This document shows positions 28,140 to 36,451 of a stretch of DNA of 64,000 nucleotides, in pieces; position 1 is the first letter of the stretch; the number at the start of each line of letters is the position of its first letter. Position numbers and translations under genes: made by a program. The notes under the pieces are model-generated. The model ran no database searches. It saw nothing but the letters and a program-made list of their open reading frames with translations, and was not told the origin of the DNA. This stretch comes from an uncultured Pseudomonadota bacterium. Its GTDB lineage: Bacteria; Pseudomonadota; Alphaproteobacteria; RF32; CAG-239. The stretch lies in assembly GCA_902761535.1 (NCBI GenBank), contig CACWKS010000001.1, positions 26,177 through 90,176 of the forward strand, written 5' to 3'.

Positions 28140-30152
28140 ATGACCGATGATGATGAAGAAAAAGATGAAAAAGAAAAAATAAACGATGAACAACCTGTGC
28201 AAAATACAAATGCAGATAGCATTTTGCTAAAGGAACGCTTTGAAATAAATCTCACTCACCCTATGCCTGAATTTAACTGCAATGGTGCATCGGCATTCGA
28301 AGCAATTGATAAAACGAATCCGAGCAGAGCTTTATTTGCTTTAATTTGCTTGGATGAACTCCCTCGTTTATCTTATCTTCCTTATATGAAATCAATTGAT
28401 TCCCCCTTTATACTTAAATTAGTTGAATATGGACATGTTGAATTCAATAATTTCGAAACCATCGCCTTAATTTATAATCGCCCTAAAGGACCGAGAGCCG
28501 ATAAATTTCTTGAAATATCCGACCCAATGAGTGGAGAAATTTTCCGCTCATTAACCTTATCACTTTTATCGGCTTGTGACGTTCTCAAGACTTTCGGGCT
28601 CACTCATCGAGCTATTCGCCTGGATAATGTATATTTTACCGATTCCTCTCGTAAAGAACTCATGCTCGGTGACTGTCTTGCATCATTTCCTTCTTACCAC
28701 CAACCCTTAATTTATGAAACCATCGAAAATTCCTTATGCCCGCCGCAATCTCGCGGCAACGGTATAATCGATCATGACATATATGCATGCGGCGTTGTCC
28801 TCTTAGAATTAGTACTAAATCACGACATAAAATCCGAACTTTCACCAGGAGAAATGGTCCGCCAAAAATTAAAAAATTCATCTTTTAATTTTTTATCCAA
28901 TAATGAAAAAATCCCTGCACGTATCAGTACGGTATTGCACTGTCTTCTGGATGATAACAGCGAAAAAAGAAACGATTATAATACAATTCTCAACTATTTT
29001 GACGGCAAAAGTGCTAATTTGATGCCAGAAACCAATGATCGTTCCAATAAAGCACTGGTAATCAATGGTGAAAAATGCTATACACGTAAAAGTGCCGCAT
29101 TATCAATATTAAACAATCCAGATTTTGGACTTGAAGTCATTCAAAGCGGCAAAATACTTGAATGGGTTAAAAGCGGATTAGAAAACGAAAAACTTCACGC
29201 CAAACTGCAAAACGTTATAACTTCGGAAAAAGACAATCCCGATAAATCAAACCTTTTAGCAAAAATCTGCATATATCTTGACAGCAACCTGCCTCTCAAA
29301 TGCGACGATACTTATCTGTTTCCGGGTGGCATAGCTAAAACTATTTTTTATAACAAAAAAAATAATATACCCTTAACTTATTTGCAAAATTTAATTTCTT
29401 CAGATATCATCAAATTATGGTACCAAGAACAACCTTATTTGCGCGCCCCCAGCAACGCCAGTGAATTCGGCATGTATCTTATGCGCAATGACTATGGCTA
29501 TGGTTTTGAACGCATTATGTACGACTTTGACGAAGATCTTCCCTGCATAAGTCCTTTATTAGGTAATTTTTTCGTTAACAATACTTCGCGTTTGCTTGCT
29601 GCACTTAACAATAATCACTCTAATTTTTCGACTACCCCTTTTGATAAAAGTATTATCGCTTATCTGCGTTGCAAAATGGGTAAAAAGATTGATGGGATTA
29701 TTGTTGACATTAATGCTAATCAGGATGCTATCAAAATCGGAGCAATAATCCGCCTGTATGCCACCATCCAAAACAAACAAGGCCCTTCCCAGTTGATCAA
29801 CCTTACTCAATGGTTGGCAAATGCGGCAAAGTCGGTAATTCAAAGCTACCATAACATAAAATATCAAAAATATCTTGAACAAGAAATAATTAAAATATCC
29901 AAAAGCGGCAAAATAATGGATTTGGTAGATATTCTTGAAAATGAAGAGGCGCGCACTCGTGATCGCAATGATTTTGCCGAAGCCCTCAAAACAGTTAATT
30001 TCCTGATTGCCGAAAAAAATAAAATTCTCAGCGGCGATTCCAAAATTGATGATGAAGCTCGCGAATTAGCACTGCGTTTCTCTTCCATTCTCTCTGTTTT
30101 AACCATGCTCAGCACTTTTGTGTTCAGCCTAATCTACTGGATGATAAAATAA
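28140..30152 (+). CDS. Ser/Thr protein kinase-like protein (probable pseudokinase), C-terminal TM
   Basis: THRAIRLDNVYF (catalytic-loop-like), LGDCL, DIYACGVVLLEL; hydrophobic C-terminus. Confidence 0.7.
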   Translation: MTDDDEEKDEKEKINDEQPVQNTNADSILLKERFEINLTHPMPEFNCNGASAFEAIDKTNPSRALFALICLDELPRLSYLPYMKSIDSPFILKLVEYGHVEFNNFETIALIYNRPKGPRADKFLEISDPMSGEIFRSLTLSLLSACDVLKTFGLTHRAIRLDNVYFTDSSRKELMLGDCLASFPSYHQPLIYETIENSLCPPQSRGNGIIDHDIYACGVVLLELVLNHDIKSELSPGEMVRQKLKNSSFNFLSNNEKIPARISTVLHCLLDDNSEKRNDYNTILNYFDGKSANLMPETNDRSNKALVINGEKCYTRKSAALSILNNPDFGLEVIQSGKILEWVKSGLENEKLHAKLQNVITSEKDNPDKSNLLAKICIYLDSNLPLKCDDTYLFPGGIAKTIFYNKKNNIPLTYLQNLISSDIIKLWYQEQPYLRAPSNASEFGMYLMRNDYGYGFERIMYDFDEDLPCISPLLGNFFVNNTSRLLAALNNNHSNFSTTPFDKSIIAYLRCKMGKKIDGIIVDINANQDAIKIGAIIRLYATIQNKQGPSQLINLTQWLANAAKSVIQSYHNIKYQKYLEQEIIKISKSGKIMDLVDILENEEARTRDRNDFAEALKTVNFLIAEKNKILSGDSKIDDEARELALRFSSILSVLTMLSTFVFSLIYWMIK

Positions 30153-30631
30153 TGAAAGCTCCTCAACCTCTTAATTCCAAAAATAACAAAGTTGGCACAT
30201 CTAAAATCAACTCTTTTCAAAAATTTTTGATTTCTTTAGGGTTAATGATTGTGGCATTTACTGTTCTACCAGTTGTTGTAGTGCTGTTTATCGGTTTTCT
30301 CCCCACTCTGACAGCCGTAGTTACTGATACTAAAAATATTAACAAAATAACCACTATAGGCTGCCTTAACATGTCCGGTCTGATTGTCTGTCTCCATCAC
30401 ATTTTTATACAACTGGCCTCCGGTGCACCTTTTGCAATTCGTAACAATATAACCAATATTATAATCATGCTGGGTGCTGCCGCTATAGGTGCAATGCTTT
30501 ACTATGTTTTGCCTGATTTGTTTGCCTTTATATTTAAAAATTCTGCCCAGCATCGCCTCAAAACCATCAATCACCGTCTTAATAAATATGCTGAAAACTG
30601 GAGTAATATTTTACCCGAAGAACACCAATAG
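30152..30631 (+). CDS. Hypothetical membrane protein
   Basis: Several hydrophobic helices; start overlaps the kinase-like gene's stop. Confidence 0.75.
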   Translation: MKAPQPLNSKNNKVGTSKINSFQKFLISLGLMIVAFTVLPVVVVLFIGFLPTLTAVVTDTKNINKITTIGCLNMSGLIVCLHHIFIQLASGAPFAIRNNITNIIIMLGAAAIGAMLYYVLPDLFAFIFKNSAQHRLKTINHRLNKYAENWSNILPEEHQ

Positions 30632-30632
30632 C

Positions 30633-31610
30633 CTATTTCAACCCTTGCAACACTTTTTGCAATTGTTGCAAATCATCAGGTAATTCGCTCTCAAAATACA
30701 TTTTCTCTCCGCTTATCGGATGAACAAAACCCAAGCTCTGAGCATGCAAAGCCTGACGCGGAAACTCATTCAAATATTTTTTTACATCATCGGCAATTTT
30801 CTTATCATTTATTTTTTTAGACTTCGTATAAACTTTATCGCCGAGAAGATTATTCCCTTTTGAAGCTAAATGCACTCTTATCTGATGAGTGCGTCCTGTC
30901 TCCAAATTACATTTTACTTTAGCTGCCAAACCGCCGTAATTTTCAACAACCTGATAATGTGTAACGGCTCTTTTACCGTTACGCTGTACGATTGCCATTT
31001 TTTTTCTGTCATACGGACTGCGCCCGATATCACCTTCAATCACTCCGTTCAAAGGAGCCGGCACTCCGTAACAAAAAGCATAATAAGTTCGGTCAATCGA
31101 ATGTTCGGCAAATTGTTCACACAACAACCGATGGGCGTTATCATTTTTTGCCACCACCAACAATCCTGAAGTCTCCTTATCAATCCGATGAACAATCCCC
31201 GGACGCTTAACTCCTCCTATACCGGACAAATCATGACACCAAAACAACAAAGCATTCACCAAAGTCCCTTTACTCACTCCTGCCGCAGGGTGCACCACCA
31301 TTCCTGCCGGTTTATTAACCACAATAATTGCCTCATCTTGATAAACAATCTCCAGCGGAATATCCTCCGGCTGAGGTAAAGCATCTTCCGCTTCCGGCAA
31401 AGTTATTGCAAAAGATTCGCCTTCTTTCACCTTATAAGCATTATCGGCAATCGTCACATCATCACAAACCACATTTCCGCCTTCAATCAGCTTTTGCAGA
31501 CGTGAACGCGACATATCGGCAAGACATTCGCTCAAAAACTTATCAATTCTCACTCCCTTAAAATCTTTGTTAACTATCGGAGTGATATAAACATCATCAA
31601 TCTGTGTCAT
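30633..31610 (-). CDS. rluD: 23S rRNA pseudouridine synthase RluD
   Basis: S4 domain; NKPAGMVVHP, RPGIVHRIDKETSG, LETGRTHQIRVH, RQALHA. Confidence 0.93.
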   Translation of the reverse strand: MTQIDDVYITPIVNKDFKGVRIDKFLSECLADMSRSRLQKLIEGGNVVCDDVTIADNAYKVKEGESFAITLPEAEDALPQPEDIPLEIVYQDEAIIVVNKPAGMVVHPAAGVSKGTLVNALLFWCHDLSGIGGVKRPGIVHRIDKETSGLLVVAKNDNAHRLLCEQFAEHSIDRTYYAFCYGVPAPLNGVIEGDIGRSPYDRKKMAIVQRNGKRAVTHYQVVENYGGLAAKVKCNLETGRTHQIRVHLASKGNNLLGDKVYTKSKKINDKKIADDVKKYLNEFPRQALHAQSLGFVHPISGEKMYFESELPDDLQQLQKVLQGLK

Positions 31611-31690
31611 AACTTATTTTTTAGTTGTTTTAATCCAATCAACAACTTATAATAAACCAAAAATATAAACTTGCAAGAGAGGTTTTTTCC

Positions 31691-31975
31691 ATGAACAAAC
31701 TCAGAATTGTCAAAGCAATCGTATTTTTACTGACTTTTCTAATTATTTTCGGCATGATACTGGCCGGTTATACCATTTACAAAAAGGTTCAACACCCTTC
31801 TTCACAACAAAATTTAACTATAAGCTTAAATCAACCGAACGGCAGCCGTATCAGTGATATAAAAACTTCTAATGATGCATTATACATCTTAATCACCGGA
31901 GGCCGCCAACCCGACCGCATAGTTACGGTCCGTTCATCTGACTTATCTGTCGGTGCCACCATCAATTTACAATAA
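31691..31975 (+). CDS. Small hypothetical single-TM protein
   Basis: GAGG RBS; N-terminal TM helix plus short beta-rich domain; divergent from rluD. Confidence 0.75.
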   Translation: MNKLRIVKAIVFLLTFLIIFGMILAGYTIYKKVQHPSSQQNLTISLNQPNGSRISDIKTSNDALYILITGGRQPDRIVTVRSSDLSVGATINLQ

Positions 31976-31986
31976 GGAAACCTGCC

Positions 31987-32940
31987 ATGTCTGATAACAA
32001 AGATTTTGACGCACTTCTCGACGAATTCATCAAAAAACAACTTGAGGATTCTGAAGACACTTTGGCTGAACTTGACGATACCGCATCTAAAAAAAGATTA
32101 TCTCATCATCAAGATGAAAATCCTTTTGATGATAACGACCAAACTGATCTCGATGAAGAAACTGATGATGACGATGAAAATGACGAAAGCAATCAAGATG
32201 ATGAAGATGACTTTGATTTATCTTCCATCCCCGATATTGATCCTGATGAAGCCAAACTTCAAGAAGAAGAAAAACGCCTGTTTACGGCTTATAAGGAGCT
32301 CATCAAATCGGCAAGCAATTGTGCTCGCGAACATCAAGTCGAAGTTCCCGAATTTTATTTTTCGGCAGCTGAGCTTCTGCCGCGTTTTCGCCCATATCGC
32401 ACAGACAACCTTAAAGGTGACATAGCAACTTGTTGGGATATTCTTATTGCAACCGAAGCCGAAAAACTCGCCGGACTGCCGGTTAATGCCAGTGACGAAC
32501 AAATTTTGGATTTTGCCGAAAAAATTTCTGCTCCTAATTTGCAACTTTCCCTGATTTCTTATGTCGAAACTTTAATTGAAATTGATGCTTGCGAAACCGC
32601 CTATAACTTACGCAAAGTAAAATATCAAAAACACAAAATCGAAAAAGAACTTTATGAAGAAAAACAACGTCTTAATGAAAAAAAACGCCTTTATGTTCAG
32701 GCCATAAAAGATCACCGCTTTCCGGTTGATGCCGACCGCTTGGTCACCAATTTTTTCAAAACAGCCGCCAAAGATCCGGCTAATGCCGAAAAAATATTGG
32801 AAAACAATCCGGCAACCTTTGCTCCGATTCAGGTTGATAAAATTCCCAATCGCTTTTTCGGATTAATCAAAGCCGGTCCCGAAGACGGCAAAATAGTCAA
32901 TAAAAAACTCGGAAAATTTTTAATTAAATTGAAAAAATAA
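31987..32940 (+). CDS. Hypothetical protein with acidic N-terminus and possible C-terminal BID-like domain
   Basis: 317-aa ORF with AAGGA RBS; Asp/Glu tract, coiled coil, basic C-terminus. Confidence 0.75.
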   Translation: MSDNKDFDALLDEFIKKQLEDSEDTLAELDDTASKKRLSHHQDENPFDDNDQTDLDEETDDDDENDESNQDDEDDFDLSSIPDIDPDEAKLQEEEKRLFTAYKELIKSASNCAREHQVEVPEFYFSAAELLPRFRPYRTDNLKGDIATCWDILIATEAEKLAGLPVNASDEQILDFAEKISAPNLQLSLISYVETLIEIDACETAYNLRKVKYQKHKIEKELYEEKQRLNEKKRLYVQAIKDHRFPVDADRLVTNFFKTAAKDPANAEKILENNPATFAPIQVDKIPNRFFGLIKAGPEDGKIVNKKLGKFLIKLKK

Positions 32941-32958
32941 TTTATTGACAAAAAGTAC

Positions 32959-32987
32959 TGGACAAAAAACAAAATATCTGCTACAAT
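32959..32987 (+). promoter_or_regulatory. Putative sigma70 promoter (extended -10)
   Basis: TGGACA-N17-TACAAT with TG just before the -10 box; GGGAGG RBS before ATG 33018. Confidence 0.55.
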
Positions 32988-33017
32988 AGCTGTAATTAGA
33001 GATTTTAGAGGGAGGAC

Positions 33018-34667
33018 ATGATGAGTACAACAGATGAGATTAGACGCAATATTGAAGAACAACGCCAAGAATATATTACTCGAGAAGAACGCCCAACACA
33101 AAGAAAGGATTATATTGCTCCTACCATAACGATTAGGACAGAAACATCCAATGATGATGCAAATAAGTTACCTCCTACACCTCTTGAAATCAACGAGAAC
33201 AATCCCGGTGGTTTGACTATTCATGAACATACACCGGAAAACAAGCAAACGAATAATGCTCTCCCCGGCAAAGATAATACTGCCACAATTAAAAAAGGCG
33301 ATGAACCGCTTGATCTCGGACATTATGATGATGATAAAATTAAAATGTCTGATGGCGACATTATCGACTATATGATGAAAGAATGGATACAAGCCGGAAT
33401 AGCTTGGTGTCTTGACAAGACCAGCGGACTTGGCGGTGCAATCCTTTATAATGCCAGCCGTACAGTCGGTAAAGGTACCAATAAGGTTGTGCGAAGAACT
33501 AAAGAATTTGCCAAATCAGCAGCATCCTCTGTCCGCGACTCTATAGATCCGTTAAATGATAATATGGCGGATATGCTTCAAGATCACCTTAATACTGTTA
33601 ATGAATTGTCAGCCGCACCTCAGCCGCTCAACAATTTTATACGTAACGTTGCTACCGGATCAATCCGACTGGAAGGCAACACCTATAAATATCTTGATAA
33701 AGAAAAACAGAAATGGATTGAATCCAAATATACTTTAGATGATATACCTAAGCAACAATATGAATTTGTCATGGCTACCGCCAAAGAAACCATCATTGCT
33801 GATGCCTATCAATACGCTTATCAGGAACTTCCTGAAAATGAAAAAGAAGGTTATGATTTCAAAAAATTTAAAGATACTTATAGCAAAGTCTATGACTTGT
33901 CGATTAAACAATCTCAAAATAAAACTCTCGGCATAGAATTTCCTCAAGGATCAGGACAATACCTTCCTGATAAAGAACAACAAATCCTGAATAATAACCA
34001 ACCTATCAAACGGGCAATTGCTGATGCTTTCAATAATTTTAATAAACCCGACGGCAGGTGTGAGCAAATAACTCAACTTTCCCTTGAAAAGGCCAAACTT
34101 AACTCAGAAGCTAAGTTATTTGCTGAATATTATGCACAATATGCCATTAATAACGATAATATCAAAAATCCCGGCCAACGTGCTTCTACCCGTAAATTAT
34201 CTAAAAAGCAACTTATCAACCTGAAAGAAGAATCTCGTGCTTATGCCACCAAGATGTTTTGGCAATTCCAACAGGCTCGTATTGATGGTAAAGAAGTTCC
34301 GTCAAATAAAAAATTGATTGAACTGGCTAAAAACCAATGTGAAAACGCCAAAACAACATTGACGGAAAACGTTATCTATAATCAATACTATAATCCTGAA
34401 AATGTTAAAAAAGCAGACCGAGTCAATCAAAGTCCCGAAATGACTTTACCCGAAACATTTGTCGGCTATTATAAAATAATTGATAACAGAGCAAGTGAAC
34501 TGGATGTTTTAGCTAAAGAAGAGACAGCTCTTGGAAGAAGTTTAGAGGGTATAGATAAACAAAGAAGTAGAATTGGCAGGTTAAGAGTAACTGTCAACCA
34601 AGCCACAAGTGCACAACAAGGCACATTGCCGATACCCCACCCCAACCAAGGGCACGGATCTCGTTAA
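33018..34667 (+). CDS. Hypothetical protein (549 aa, no recognised domain)
   Basis: Long ORF with a strong RBS and promoter-like element. Confidence 0.8.
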   Translation: MMSTTDEIRRNIEEQRQEYITREERPTQRKDYIAPTITIRTETSNDDANKLPPTPLEINENNPGGLTIHEHTPENKQTNNALPGKDNTATIKKGDEPLDLGHYDDDKIKMSDGDIIDYMMKEWIQAGIAWCLDKTSGLGGAILYNASRTVGKGTNKVVRRTKEFAKSAASSVRDSIDPLNDNMADMLQDHLNTVNELSAAPQPLNNFIRNVATGSIRLEGNTYKYLDKEKQKWIESKYTLDDIPKQQYEFVMATAKETIIADAYQYAYQELPENEKEGYDFKKFKDTYSKVYDLSIKQSQNKTLGIEFPQGSGQYLPDKEQQILNNNQPIKRAIADAFNNFNKPDGRCEQITQLSLEKAKLNSEAKLFAEYYAQYAINNDNIKNPGQRASTRKLSKKQLINLKEESRAYATKMFWQFQQARIDGKEVPSNKKLIELAKNQCENAKTTLTENVIYNQYYNPENVKKADRVNQSPEMTLPETFVGYYKIIDNRASELDVLAKEETALGRSLEGIDKQRSRIGRLRVTVNQATSAQQGTLPIPHPNQGHGSR

Positions 34668-34676
34668 GGAACACTA

Positions 34677-35147
34677 ATGAGAAAAATTTTACGCCTTATT
34701 CGAGCTTTAATAATTGCTTGTGGATGGACATTTTTGTTTGTTTATCTTTTTCAAGCTTTATTCGTTTTAATTTGGAACTTTGATTTCACTTCCGATACTT
34801 CGTGGGCGATTATGCGTGAATATTGGAATCACGGCGGCATTATCAAATCAACGCTTGATATAGCATTATTTGCTGCACTGGCCTTATTACCGATATTATG
34901 GTATATCGGATTACGCAAAGCCCTTAAAGTTGACTATTTGCAGCTTATTATCTCTCCTTTTAACAGATTTCGCCGCATAGCGGCTAACAAAACTTCTACT
35001 GAACGCATTGTTATCCGTAACATCAAATCCGGAGAACAACGTGCCGACGAAATCAAAGACGAATTAAGCTCGCTTAAACCTGAAAAAACTCAAAGTGCTC
35101 AGTTTATTCGCACTGAAATAAGAGAAAAAAGATCTGATGATAAATAA
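34677..35147 (+). CDS. Hypothetical membrane protein
   Basis: Two TM helices flanking a WNFD...W...W..GG loop; AAGGA RBS. Confidence 0.78.
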   Translation: MRKILRLIRALIIACGWTFLFVYLFQALFVLIWNFDFTSDTSWAIMREYWNHGGIIKSTLDIALFAALALLPILWYIGLRKALKVDYLQLIISPFNRFRRIAANKTSTERIVIRNIKSGEQRADEIKDELSSLKPEKTQSAQFIRTEIREKRSDDK

Positions 35148-35207
35148 AATAAGTTTTTTATTAACCAATTCCGGTTACCATAACAAAAGATATTTTGGAG
35201 TCAACAA

Positions 35208-36440
35208 TTGAGGGCTGCTTTTGTGTTATTACGAATAATCGTTGTCGGAATTTTATGGAGTGTGTTGTTCATCGAAGGTATTCGTGTTATTTTGATGACC
35301 AATTGGCACTTTGATATTTTTCGCTTAACTCATTGGCAACATGCTTGGAATTTGTGGCGTTCCGGTTGGGTTATTGACGAAACCAAAGAATGGGCCTTTA
35401 TTTTGATTGTTTTAGCAGCTGTTCCCGTATGGTTAACCATTTGGGCAGCTTTAAGCATAATCAATTGGGAAACTTTATTCCAAAATCTCTGGAATTCTAT
35501 TCGCTCAATTCTTAAAAATATTATGAACAGCAATTTTAGCAAAGTATTGCCCAAAACTAATTCCGTCAAAGCCGCTCCGACCAAAAAAACCAATGTTACT
35601 CGCAGCAAAAATCCCAGTTATTCATTAGAAGAAAACACTCCCAATCTCTCTCCCGAACGACGTGCCCAGTTGACCGGTGTTCCCTATAAACCCCATGCTC
35701 CCGGCGCCAAAAACAAACCGACTCCCAAGCCGGCACCGAAAGAATTTTCTCACTCATTATTTGAGCTTAGCAATGATGATGATACTTTTGATTTCGACTT
35801 ATTTGAAGAAAGCACCCCCGAAACCAAACCGTCTTTAACTCCTGAGCCGATGGCCCCCGCACCTCGCAACAATACTGAAAAATCATCATCACCCAGAAAA
35901 CGCAACGATACTGCCGGAGAAAACAAAAATAAAAATTATCACTCTAATTCAACCTTTGAAGTATTGAAACAAAAAGGTTATGAGATTATTTCAGGCATCA
36001 CTCTTAATGATGTATACATCGACTTTGTCGGTGTTTCGCAAAATTCAATCTGCCTATGCCTTAACGACAAAGAAATCGGCGATTGGTTGGCTGATGAAGA
36101 ACGTTTCAATGATGAAGAGCCGCTTTGGTTTTCCGAGAGTTCACACCGCATATCTCCGGTTCGTAAAATTGCTATTGCCCAGACCGCTCTTAATGATAAA
36201 TTAACCTCTGCTGAATTAAAATTTAAGGTCAATGCTTACGTTATCGAACAGATCGGCAACATCATCAATGCTGAAGATATGTTTGATATATGGAAAGATT
36301 TGCATATAAATGTAACTCGCATTGACCGCGGCACTCCTAAAGAAATACCTTTGTTCGCCAAAAAGTTGGAAGATGCCGATGGTCATGTTGACAAAGCTCT
36401 TTTTGACAAGTTAAAAAAACTTTTGCGCAATAATGATTAA
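35208..36440 (+). CDS. Membrane protein with Pro-rich linker and C-terminal NERD/PD-(D/E)XK-like domain
   Basis: N-terminus paralogous to the 34677 ORF; C-terminal LKQKGYEII...IDFVGVS...W...SPVRK pattern; TTG start after GGAG. Confidence 0.65.
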   Translation: MRAAFVLLRIIVVGILWSVLFIEGIRVILMTNWHFDIFRLTHWQHAWNLWRSGWVIDETKEWAFILIVLAAVPVWLTIWAALSIINWETLFQNLWNSIRSILKNIMNSNFSKVLPKTNSVKAAPTKKTNVTRSKNPSYSLEENTPNLSPERRAQLTGVPYKPHAPGAKNKPTPKPAPKEFSHSLFELSNDDDTFDFDLFEESTPETKPSLTPEPMAPAPRNNTEKSSSPRKRNDTAGENKNKNYHSNSTFEVLKQKGYEIISGITLNDVYIDFVGVSQNSICLCLNDKEIGDWLADEERFNDEEPLWFSESSHRISPVRKIAIAQTALNDKLTSAELKFKVNAYVIEQIGNIINAEDMFDIWKDLHINVTRIDRGTPKEIPLFAKKLEDADGHVDKALFDKLKKLLRNND

Positions 36441-36451
36441 GTGAGGATATT

